Shown: positions 41,142 to 52,864 of the stretch, one piece after another
Numbering within the stretch: the first letter of the stretch is position 1
Layout of the letters: each line of letters begins with the position of its first letter
Origin: Octopus sinensis
Taxonomy: Eukaryota
Direction of reading: 5' to 3'
Assembly (NCBI RefSeq): GCF_006345805.1
Contig: NC_043002.1
Coordinates: forward strand, 4,712,001 to 4,776,000
DNA: 64,000 nt
The notes under the pieces: generated by a model
Seen by the model: only the letters and a program-made list of their open reading frames with translations
The model's database searches: none
What the model was told of the DNA's origin: nothing
Program-made: the position numbers and the translations under genes

Positions 41142-42245
41142 GTTTATAATTTTAACCTTTAACGGTATTTTTTAATATGCTGGCCATTGATAAAATTTTT
41201 TTTCCGAAAAAATTTTATCCTACATTAAATATATATATATAACTTTTTTCAGCTTATCGAACTTCGGTACGGGAAAAACCTCCAGCCTCCAACGTCAATA
41301 TTATAATAATTCTGTTTGTTCCTCTGCTACTTAGCCCGTCCGTAACGCTTCCACATGAAGGAAGGAGGGGGAGGGAAGAAAGGGGTAGGGGAGGAACTAA
41401 GGAATGGAAGAAAGGAGGGAAAGTTGGGTGTGATGGGAGGGAAGAGGGAGAGGGAAGAGGTGTGTGTATAAATGTGTATGTTTATATGTATGAGGAGAGG
41501 AGGAGAGATAAGGGAATAGGAAGGAAGAGGTGGTATTGAGTGAAATGTGTAATTTTTAAAACTAAATTTGTTTACCTCCGTTACTTAGCCCGTCTGTAAC
41601 ACTTTCACGTGAATAGTTGAAGGAAACACAAAAGCGAAAGAAAGGAGGTAAGGCGAACAGTAAAAGAGAAAGAAGGAGAGTGCTTTGTATTAATCTATAA
41701 AATTGTGTATAAAGTATATAAAGTGTATATGTAAAGTGCTTTAAGTAATCATTGTATTCCAATTTCCTTCACTTTTCGATAGTCTAGGCACAAGGCCTTG
41801 GAAATTTTGTGAGAAGGCAGTTAGTCGATTATATTGACCCCAGTGCGTAATTGGTACTTATTTCATCGACCCCGAAAGAATAAAAGGCAAAGCCAACCTT
41901 GGCGGAACGTAGCGACAGACGAAACACCGCCAAGCATTTCGCCCGGCGTGCTAACGAATTAGAGGTTTCCCCTGAACACTTGGAGTTTAAATCACGTTAA
42001 GCAATAGTTTAGGTAACAATTATCGCATGACGTATCTGAATTCGCTTGTGAAACACGGGTAAGATTAAATCATTCATGAACGAGCTCTCCTGCTCTCCGA
42101 CACATTTTTTCTCTCTCCATTTTTTTCCACTTAGCATCAAAGACTCAAAACATCAAAGACTTTTCCATTCTTCCCGACCGTCAAACTAATACACCTGTTT
42201 GCTGTTCCCTCAAATTTTCTGTAAATTTGAACTATGTATATATAT

Positions 42246-42294
<49 letters not shown>

Positions 42295-42401
42295 CTATAT
42301 ATATAAAGTTAATCCAAACAAGAAAACAAAAAGACAACAACGCAAGGATGTGGAACAAATAAAGTATTATTGGACGCTCAGGAAAGAAGGGATGAAGGAG
42401 G

Positions 42402-42438
42402 GTTTGACGTTTCGAGCGGAGCTCTTCGTCGGAAACAT
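42402..42438 (-). ncRNA. Minimal type I hammerhead-like motif (U4 replaced by C)
   Basis: Minus strand GTTT-CCGACGA-A-GAGC-TCC-GCTC-GAAAC-GTC-AAAC; stems I and II pair, stem III is the self-complementary ACGT. Confidence 0.65.
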
Positions 42439-43069
42439 AGGAGAAAGAAAGATCCCGAGACGGGAGGACAGAGGGAAAAAAATTGCAGGTAGTATTCACG
42501 AGGTCACATACTAAAAAGACGGAAGTGGTAAAAAAGGAAGAAAATGTTTTTAAAAACAAGAGAGCTGAATCAAAGAAGGAATGGTAAAAAAGATGTGCGA
42601 GATGACAAGTGTGTGTGTGTGAGTGTGTGTGAGTGTGTGCGTGTGTGTGTATGTGTGTGTATGGTGGACAATGGCTAGTAGCAGGCAGTAGTAGAATTAA
42701 AGGAGTGGTGTGGGGGTACCCTAGCAAGTCAGAAAGGCAGGTCAGAAACAGGGAGGTATGTGTGTGTGCGTGTATATGTATCGTGTGTGTGTTTTGTTGT
42801 AGTATGTGTGTATGGCGAGTAACTGTGCTTAACTTAGTGTATGCGTGCGTGTGTACTTGTACGTGCGTGTGTGTGTATATATACGTATGTATAATTGTGT
42901 GCGTGTATGTATGTGTGTGTGTGTATGTATGGTTGTGTGCCGTATGGGATATATGTGTGGGTTCATTTGTGTGTGTGTGCGTGTGCGTGTGTATGTATGT
43001 GCGTGTAGTTGTGTGTGCGTGTATGTGTGTGCGTTTGTATGTATGTGTGCGCGCGTGCATGGTCCCGGG

Positions 43070-43204
43070 TTCAGTCCAACTGTGTGGCACCTTGGGCACC
43101 TTGGGCAAGTGTCTTCTACTATAGCCCCGGGCCGACCAAAGCCTCGTGAGTGGATTTGGTAGAGGGAAACTGAAAGAAGCCCGTCGTATATATGTATATA
43201 TATA

Positions 43205-43235
<31 letters not shown>

Positions 43236-43452
43236 ATAAGTTTGTGTGTCTGTGTTTGTCCCCCAAACATCGCTTGACAACCGATGCTGGTGTGTTTACG
43301 TCCCCGTAACTTAGCGGTTCGTCAAAAGAGACCGATAGAATAAGTACTAGGCTTGCAAAGAATAAGTCCTGGTGTCGATTTCCTCGACTAAAGGCGGTGC
43401 TCCAGCATGGCCACTGTCATATGACTGAAACGAGTAAAAGAGTAAAAGAGTA
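43070..43452 (+). mobile_element. SINE family B, slightly 5'-truncated
   Basis: Matches 13054-13475; 9-bp GCACCTTGG duplication in the head. Confidence 0.9.
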
Positions 43453-44163
43453 TAAATAACTAATATACATTAGAAACCAAATATTTGAAAGAAAGTTTTT
43501 GGTAAGGAATAGGAATCACCTCCAAGTGAAAATTTTATGATTCCAGAGAAAATAATCTTATCCATTTAACACAGCAAAAAAAAAATAGAAAAAAATTCGC
43601 TACAGCCTAACAGACGGGTAAGAAGTTATCCTCTGATCAGAGACCTTACCCGAATGCGTGCAACGGAAAGATTTCATTAAAGAGACCCCAGGGTCAGGTG
43701 TTGTTATCGACCCGGGTGATGAATTAAGTGTAGCCCCCACTCCCATCACTATAGAGAAGCAAAACGGTCATTCCAACTGCTTCCTATACAGTTTCCGCCA
43801 ACCAAAGCCACAAGACATTGGTTGCGAAATTGTGGAAGATACTTGATAAAAATGTCACACTGAGGAATCGAACCCGAACTACGTAGTTGCGAAATGAATT
43901 TCTTAACCACACAGCCATGTTTGATGTTCTTTGGTGTTGCTATGATATATGTTTATGAAGTAGTAACAAGCAAAAAAAAAACAATTTTAACAAAGACGAT
44001 ATCTTGGAATTCTACAAAGTCTTCAACGCGAGGCGACAAACTAACAAGACAAACCAGCAGAACCCCTGGAGAAAAGAGCAAGATCCTTACCAACTAAAAT
44101 TTATCCTTGAAGGAAGCTGTCCAGTCGTGAATAACCTAATTATATAATATACTTCATAAACAT

Positions 44164-44470
44164 GTGGAGGCGCAATGGCCCAGTGGTTAGGGCAGCGGAC
44201 TCGCGATCGTAGGATCGCGGTTTCGATTCCCAGACCGGGCGTTGTGAGTGTCTATTGAGCGAAAACATCTAAAAGCTCCACGACGCTCCGGCAGGGGGTG
44301 GTGATCCCTGCTGTACTCTTTCACCACTCTTTCTCTCACTTTTTCGTCTGTTGGCCTGCTCGCTTAGCCAGCGGGGTGGCGTCATTCGAAGGCTAAAACA
44401 ATGCAAACGCATTGTGACCAGCGATGTGAAACAACATCTGATGGTCTGGTCGGTCACGTGATCACGTGAT
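44164..44470 (+). mobile_element. SINE family C (tRNA-derived head)
   Basis: A box TGGCCCAGTGG, B box GGTTTCGATTCC; ends GTCACGTGATCACGTGAT. Confidence 0.85.
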
Positions 44471-44654
44471 TACTTCATAAACAGTGGAGAAACATTATAT
44501 TTCCAAGAAGCGACTACTCCCAAAGAACTAGTCAGCATTTACAAATTTTATGAGTTTGGATATGTTCGTATGTAGTGGGAAGCAGAGAGATCTGATGTTC
44601 TGAGAGAAAGAAATTTTTCAACAAGAAAATGTATTTTATCTGAGACGAAGGAAC

Positions 44655-45048
44655 TATAGCCTCGGGCCGACCAAAGCCTTGTCAGTGTATTTGGTAGACG
44701 GAAACTGAAAAGAAGCCCAAGGTGCTACGCAGTGGGACTGAACCCGGAAACAGGTGGTTGAGAAGCAAGCTACTTACCACACAGCCACTCCTGCGCTTCT
44801 CTCTATGCATATACGTGTGGTGTGTGTGTGTGTATTTGTGTGTCTGTGTTTGTACTCCCAAGATCACTTGACAGCCGATGTTGGTGTGTTTACGTCCCTG
44901 TAACTTAGCAGTACGGCAAAAGGGACCGATAGAATGAGTATTCGGGTTACAAAGGATAAGTCCTGGAGTCGATTTGTTCGACTAAAGACAGTGCTCCAGC
45001 ATGGCCGCAATCAAATGACTGAAACACATGAAAGAATAAAAGAATAGC
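44655..45048. mobile_element. Rearranged SINE family B (head inverted)
   Basis: + middle segment 44655-44717, - head ~44718-44797, + tail to 45048. Confidence 0.75.
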
Positions 45049-45369
45049 AAAAACTTCATCTCAGACCAAAAGAAAATACTCCGGCTATAACAAGTAATCC
45101 TCCACAAAGCTCAGGTGAGAACCGCATTAGTAATTATATGCTGCTTCTATATACACAAATACCTTAGGTCACACCCAGAGAAAGACATCAATTGCAGCGA
45201 GGAAAGTGTTTATAAACCATTTAAAACACACACAAAAACCGTTAGATTCACCTCAACATTTAAATTTAATTCTTCAAAATATTTTCGTTGCTTTGAAACC
45301 GCGACCTGTTCAGACAAAGTTCCGTGCTGCAGTTTTTGTGTGTTTTTAAATGGCTTATAAACGCCTTCA

Positions 45370-45712
45370 ATTGGAGGCACTAGTGGTTAGAAGCCTAGTG
45401 GTTAGAGCAGCGGACTCGCGGTCGAGGGATCGCGGGTTCGAATCTCAGACAGGGTGATGTGTGTGTTTATGAGCGAAACACCTAAGCTCCACTCGGCTCC
45501 GGCAGAAGGTAAAGGCGAACTTCTGCTGACTCTTTCGCCACAACTTTCTCTCACTCTTTCCTCCTGCATCTTGCAGCTCACCTGCGACGGAGCGGCGTCT
45601 CGTCCCGGTGGGGAGCCTATACGCCAAGGAAACCGAGAAACCGGCCCTTATGAGCCAGGCATGGCTCGAGAAGGAACAAACAAACACCTTCCACGCTGCA
45701 ACTGTTTTTGTT
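45370..45712 (+). mobile_element. SINE family C-related copy
   Basis: AGTGGTTAGAGCAGCGGACTCGCG..GGGTTCGAATCTC head shared with 44164; different 3' half. Confidence 0.8.
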
Positions 45713-46769
45713 TCAGTACACGATCTCCGATTAAGTCACTTGCTATGCAAGTACATCTCCGTAAAAGAAAGAAGGATTGACATAAAATCAATCACAAACA
45801 CACGTCAATTTCAGGTCCGCAAACATGTTTCTTCTCTCTGCTTTTTCAACTACTACTATTACTACTACTCCTGCTAATACTACTACTAATGTCAATGGCC
45901 TCTACTTCTCTGCGCTTCCTAGTCAGAGAGTTTCGATTCGTTCGTCACTCCTACTCTTATTCCGACTCTTATCACCCAAATTATGTTCACCCGCCCAGGA
46001 GGCCCTACCCAAACCATTACGCCCACTCTTCCTACCCAGTATGTCGACCCTCTGAAATTGTCACCCTACACACGTTTGTTTGTCCCCCCCCCCCCAGCAA
46101 CCGTCAACTTGCAACTGTTCAAGAGGAACGTTAAGCTTGTTGATCTCGCCGGTCTCGGAGGGGTTGCAAAGGCCATACGCAGAACCCTTTCTCCAGACCC
46201 AGTCAATAAAAATAAAATTAAATAAATAAAAGAGAATTATTGAATGAGTGATTTCATAGATCGAGTTTCTAATTTAATGTTAATATCCATCATATTGTCA
46301 TTTGAAAGAATGCAATATACTCCCTTTTCGGAGCCGAAGTGTGTATGCATGTGTTAGTGTCAGAAATGGCAGCAGTCCCTTGAGACTAAAACAAATTCAT
46401 GTGGGAGTTACCTCTAATAAAGCCGCCCTAACAAGATATTAGCATTGTTGTAAGGCTAAGATCCAGTTCAAAACAATACGTAACCAAGAAACTGAGTAAC
46501 CCAGAGCGCAATTCTATCTATCTATCTAACCAACTAGCTAGTTTGTGTAAATTATAAAAATTTAATTATGCACGCACATACACACATACGTTCAAACCAC
46601 CAGACAAAAATTTTGAGGTCGAAAAATAGCGAAATCACTGACGAGAATCGACCCATACATCTTTTGCTTACTGGGCAATGTATTTTACAAATCCAAGTTG
46701 CACAAACACACACACACATACACTTATATTTTATAATCGTTTTGCAATATTAAATTATAAATTAACTGC

Positions 46770-47165
46770 AAGCTGGCAGAATCCCTATGTTCTAAGTTCA
46801 AATTCCGCCGAGGTCGACTTTGCCTTTCATCCTTTCGGGGTCGATAAATTAAGTACCAGTTACGGACTGGGGTCGATGTAATCGACTTGATCCGTCCGTC
46901 TGTCCTTGTTTGTCCCCTCTATGTTTAGCCCCTTGTGGGTAATAAAGAAATAATATTATATAATCGCTCTGCAATATTAAATTATAAATTAAGGCTGCCA
47001 GCTGACAGAATCCCTACGTTCTAAGTTCAAATTCCGCTGAGGTCGACTTTACCTTTCAACCTTTCGAGGTCGATAAAATAAGTAGCAGTTGAGCACTGGA
47101 GTCGTTGTAATTGACTCGTCCCCTCCCCCGAAATATTGGCCGAATACCAAAATTTGAAACCAGTT
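46770..47165 (+). mobile_element. Two adjacent SINE family A copies
   Basis: GTTCTAAGTTCAAATTCCGC..GAGGTCGACTTT at ~46790 and ~47018. Confidence 0.85.
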
Positions 47166-48485
47166 TTTAATTATAATTTAAATTTCAAATGTTTAAAACT
47201 TTTGCTCCGTATACGATAGAAATAATTTTTAAGGATTATTTAAAAACTTGATGTAACTATTTTATCGTCGTCAATCAAAATATTCATTATAATTGTAATA
47301 ATTTGTTCTTTTAAATAAATAACTACGTGATTTTGAATTCGATCCCACTGCACAGAGTTTTGAGTAAATATCTTTTACTACGGCCCCTTTTCGACCAAAG
47401 CCTCGTTAGCGGAATTCGATTGACGGAATCTATGTGCAAGTCGGTCAAAGTGACAATTCCTGGTTACTGAGTCTTAGACTTCACAGGAATTACCTGGATC
47501 TTGGATACCTTTGGCAGAGTCTATGCTGCAATCATTTGGGGTAGATCGTTTGTCAGATGCTAACATCGTCCTCCCCCACCCCCGACTTGTCATAACTAAG
47601 CCTCGAATAAAGTAAATAAAGTAAATAAGTAAATAGGCGTGTCTATGTGGTAAGAAGTTTGCTTCACAATCACATGGTTCCGGGTTCAGTTCAACTGCGC
47701 TACGTGGCACTTTAGGCAAGCCTTGCTAAATATATATATACATGTGTGTGCGTACGTGTTTGCGTTTGTGTGTGAGTGTGTGTGTGTGTGTGTGTGTGTT
47801 TGTCCCCACCACCAGTTGACAACCGGTGTTGATGTGTGTACGTCCCCGGAACTTAGTGATTGGGTCGAACAGATCGATAGAATAAGTACCAGGCTTTAAA
47901 AATTATAAGTTCCCGGATCGATTCATTCAATTAAAAATTTTCAATGCGGTGCTCCACCATGGCCACAGATAAAATAAATGAATAAATAAATTTGCTTCTC
48001 TTCAATTTGATTTCTTTTCATTTTTCTGCCTGGAGGAAAGGACTGTGACTTGGCCATTTTTGTTCTCTCTGAAACCGATGAGACTGAGGCCTTTAACGAT
48101 ACGCAGACAAAACATTTGGGGAGAGGCAAATACCAGACGACCAGCAATGGTGCACATTGGCTGTTTTGTAGTTTATGTGGGATGTGCTTAGATTTGCTAC
48201 GTTGTACGTTGTGGTGGTTATTGTTTTTAACCCCCAAGTCAGTTCCAGAATACTAGTTTAAATATAATGACATCTTTTATACTGTGGTGATAACGGAGAA
48301 CTAAGTTCTGATAAGGCTGTAAACGTGTGAGATTTTATTGAATAGTTCTGTTATTACAACCTGTTTCTAGTGATGTGGACATTTGATTAAGAAATTTAAG
48401 GTATGATTGTTTTTACTTTCATCTACCAATATTTCATATTTCTATTTTTTATTTCTATATCGGTGTATAAATGTTTTATAATGTA

Positions 48486-48833
48486 CTAGCACTATGGCCC
48501 GGCAACGCCAGGTCATAGTGCTAGTGCATGCATATACAGCTGCGTGCATGCGCACATACACGCGAGTACTGTCCAAATCTCCGACCAATCACACACAGCT
48601 AGCTGGCATTCAATTGGCGTATTTCGGGCATTTTGATTGGGTTTTGGATAGAAAATTCACAAAAAAGTCACTTCTATTGATTTTTTAATGGCTTTGTGGG
48701 GAAACTGGGGAAATGTGCACGACCCTTGGACGGTTTTGAATGACCATAGAAAGTGCGAGCCCTCTAACTGAAAAATTGGGGATTTGTATAAACGACACAC
48801 ACACAGACAGACATGTTGCCGTTTATATAGAGA
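48486..48833 (-). mobile_element. Non-autonomous Helitron
   Basis: Minus strand A|TCTCTATATAAAC start at 48833; GC-rich subterminal hairpin; CTAG|T end at 48486. Confidence 0.75.
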
Positions 48834-49557
48834 TTTATGAACGTAGTACGGCACAAGACGTAATACTTTGTCTCAGAAAAACTTCTCAAAGAGACTTGTC
48901 TTACATACAAAGCACAGGGCTTTGCTCTTTCGTGTCATTCTACATTTGTATATACATCATAAATGCTACACACACTGGTATTGTTTTTTAGCGTGGAAGT
49001 GCGTGACTTAATGATTAGGATGTTGCACTCATGATCGTGAGATTGTGGTTTCGATTCTTGGGTCGGGAGATGCGTTGTGCTTTTGAGCAAACCACTTCAT
49101 TCCACGTACTCCAGTCCACTCAGCTTTAACGAAAGCGTATTGCATGGTACCAAATCACCATCGAGTATGAGTAACAGTTGCAATTTTTTTTTAGCTTCTT
49201 CTGTTTTGTTTTGCCTTGTTTTTTTGCTAATGTTCATCCATTCTTTTTTCTTTTATCATGCGGTTGACATAGATTGAAATAGCCTCAAAGTGTAAGCTGC
49301 TTCTTCGTCCTCTGTATCAAGAGCTTTTTTTTATGTTTATACGAAATCTTTTCGGGTTAGCAAGCATATTCCATTGAATTTGTTTAGTGAATTCGGGCCC
49401 ACTATGTTTGAATTCTAACGGAACTTAGATTAGACAGATCTCCCATCTATTGAGCAACTGGTACACACATTTGGGGCCTGCAACCGTTTCATTTTCCATG
49501 GTAGTTCGTGGTGTACCACTACAAGTAATTCTACCGTTAGTACTGATGGTGGTGGTG

Positions 49558-49591
<34 letters not shown>

Positions 49592-50737
49592 CTGTTCTAC
49601 TGCTAAATGCTTTTATGGTTAGTCAAAAGAAGCCATTTTAAATGGCGTCATCGCTGTCATTGTTGTTGTTCCTGTTACTAAGCTCTCTCATTCCCTCTCT
49701 CGCTCTGCATATATATGTGTGTATATATATATACATACACACATGCATACATACATACATACATACATAGATACACACATTATATATACATAGAAACATT
49801 CACGTACACATACAACATATATATATATAACATTAACGGGAACAATAACAAAATAAAATGACGATATGTGTGTGTGTGTATGTGTGTGTGGTGTATGTGT
49901 GTGTGTGTGTGTGTATGTGTGTGTGTGTGTGTATGTGTTTGTGTGTAATGTCCTATAATTTGTAAAGGGAAAGAAGTTTGTTTGTCTCAACCATTTAATA
50001 AACAAAACGACGCTCATTTATTATATGTGTCGGTCGGTGTAAAATATATTTATTATGCAAAGTCATTCAAAAAATACCTAATATCTTACGAAACAATAAA
50101 TCATTGCCTTTCAAAAATATACATAACCATTGTCGAAGACTTTCCATAAACAGACCTAAACGGAAATTTACGGCTTCATTGCTATACAATCTTTACAAGT
50201 TGCTACCTATGTGATGGAATCGATGCGTGATGATACATTGGACGAAGTGGTAGGGTTGTTATTGATGATGGTGTTGGTGGTATTCGTAATGTTTGTGATG
50301 ACCATGCTAGTGATGAAGACCACAGTGGTGGTGTTGGCGTTGGTGGTGGTGATGGCGGCGATGTTACTATTGAAAAATAAACTACGTTATGTAGCGATGT
50401 GGCTTTCATCATAAATCTTGAATTGAAAATTTTCTCTCTAATGCATGCGATTTAACCATTCACTCAGTCATTCATGTTGCTCATAAAAGTTTGAACAAAG
50501 GTAACAAATGCAGTGAAAAATCTGTGAAATATGTAAATCTCGCTTATTTATTATGTTCGATAACGATATGGGTGAAACGATCGGTTTGAAATATATGTAG
50601 ATTATTAAATAAACACGAAGAGGGAGGTCGGGTGCAAGTGCAGCCATGTACGATGGTTTTGGTGGAGGGGGAAACGCACACAAACGTTCCAAACTCACTC
50701 ACTCAAGCGATTAAACTCATACACATATGATCATATG

Positions 50738-50773
<36 letters not shown>

Positions 50774-51015
50774 TACGTTATATAAACGCTTTAAGTACTA
50801 TGTATCTGTGTGAGGTGTGAGGAATGGCGTACGTGTGGGCACGCATGCGTATATGTACGCTTTATGTGAGTGTGTATGTGTACAATACATTAATATATAT
50901 TAATATATATATATCTTTATGTATGTGTATAGCATACACAATTATATATACGTATATGTATATATGCACACATACACAATTATATATACGTATATGTATA
51001 TATGCATGTGTGTTT

Positions 51016-51054
<39 letters not shown>

Positions 51055-51239
51055 AGTGTGTATCTATGTAAAAAATGTCTAAGGAAGTATTTAACATTAG
51101 AATGTAATTATTTTTTTTTTAAATACCTGAAAATAACACAGTATAAGTATATAACAAATGATGTGAATATATGCGTGCGCGCGTGTGTGTGCGTGTATAC
51201 GTGCATATATACATACATAGAAGCGCGCACATATTGACT

Positions 51240-51558
51240 GAATGATTGGTTGAGTGATTGACTGATCGAATGATTGGGGTGAGCGAGTGAGTGAGCGAGT
51301 GAGTGAGCGAGTGAACTAATGAGTGAGTGAGTGAGTGAGTGAGTGAGTGAGTGAGTGAGTGAGTGAGTGAGTGAGTGAGTGAGTGAGTGAGTGAGTGAGT
51401 GAGTGAGTGAGTGAGTGAGTGAGTGAGTGAGTGAGTGAGTGAGTGAACTAATGAGTGAGTGAGTGAGTGAGTGAGTGAGTGAGTGAGTGAGTGAGTGAGT
51501 GAGTGAGTGAGTGAGTGAGTGAGTGAGTGAGTGAGTGAGTGAGTGAGTGAGTGAGTGA
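51240..51558. repeat. (TGAG)n microsatellite
   Basis: Directly visible. Confidence 0.98.
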
Positions 51559-52127
51559 GATTACTGGCCTCGTGCCAAAATTTGGGACCGACATTTACTG
51601 AGGATTTAATTTTTAAGCCCTGGTTTTTTCCTCTTGTGCTTGTGCTGTGTCTATTATTATACTTTCTCTGCTTATCTTACAATTCATAAACCACTTATTT
51701 TTCTTAAGTCCAATAGACATTACAGACTCAATACATGCCACCATCGCCTGAAGAATGTACAGGCCACCAAGAATTCCTTTTCTTTTAGGCACTTGTTCTC
51801 ATGTCCCCGCTCCATACTGCCTTATCACTCTCGTCAACCCCACTGCTAGGATTATTTTTGTCAGGGCCCAGGCCATGTCATAAGATTGGGTCATTGCTTA
51901 GTTATTGTAATATGGCTTCGGCACAAGAACACTTTTTGAATATCCATCTGTACTTTCCATCATGAGTATCGATCAAGAAGCTGGATCTTCGCTTTCTTTG
52001 ATTCTTTGATCTTTGTTTTTGCGTTACTTTGTCACATTTCCTTGCTTTCATTATGGAAAATAACTGAATATAGCTTGGTATTCATTCTCATCGCATAGAT
52101 GAGGATGATGCGCGTGTATGTGCATGC

Positions 52128-52158
<31 letters not shown>

Positions 52159-52501
52159 TAATTATGAATTCAAACAGTGTGATTTGCAATGAAGCAAAAA
52201 AGCCCTCAATATTGTTATGTTGAATCTACTGTATATTATATTGGGACTAAAGTCCCTTATCTTGAGCATTACAGTCATAATATTCCGGCCGTTGTACTCT
52301 CTCACCTTCTTCGAGTGTTTGCCGTACTCGGTAATTTTTATGGCAGTCTTCGACGAACCCTGTTCCCCATCCACAGGGCTAGATTCGTCTCAATCTGCTG
52401 CATAAACTGGAGACATTCTGTTTTATTTTTAATCGTTGCTTGTTTTTTTTGTTTTGGCTTGCCTTGGATCTTTTTTCTCCTTGGTTATATATTAAACCAG
52501 A

Positions 52502-52554
<53 letters not shown>

Positions 52555-52829
52555 GATAGATAGATAGATAGACAGACGTGTATGTATCTGTGTCCTTTAA
52601 TATGAACATGATTATCTCTCTCTTTCTCTCTTTTACTTGTTTCAGTCATTTGACTGCGGCCATGCTGGTGCACCGCCTTTAATCGAGCAACTCGACCCCG
52701 GGACTTATTCTTTGTAAGCCCAGTATTTATTCTATCGGTCTCTTTTGCCGAACCGCTAAGTAATAAACACACCAGCATCGGTTGTCAAGCAATGCTAGGG
52801 GGACAAACACAGACACACAAACATACACG

Positions 52830-52855
<26 letters not shown>

Positions 52856-52864
<9 letters not shown>

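Noticed and set aside
44164-44240. tRNA gene
   Set aside because: A and B boxes are present but it continues into a SINE body found again at 45370; acceptor stem is not intact.
48020-48256. Unique segment with open frames on both strands
   Set aside because: No convincing splice pair or motif.
52306-52378. Minus-strand mini-exon PCGWGTGFVEDCHKNYRVRQTLEE with GTGAGA donor
   Set aside because: Acceptor has no pyrimidine tract and no family is recognisable.
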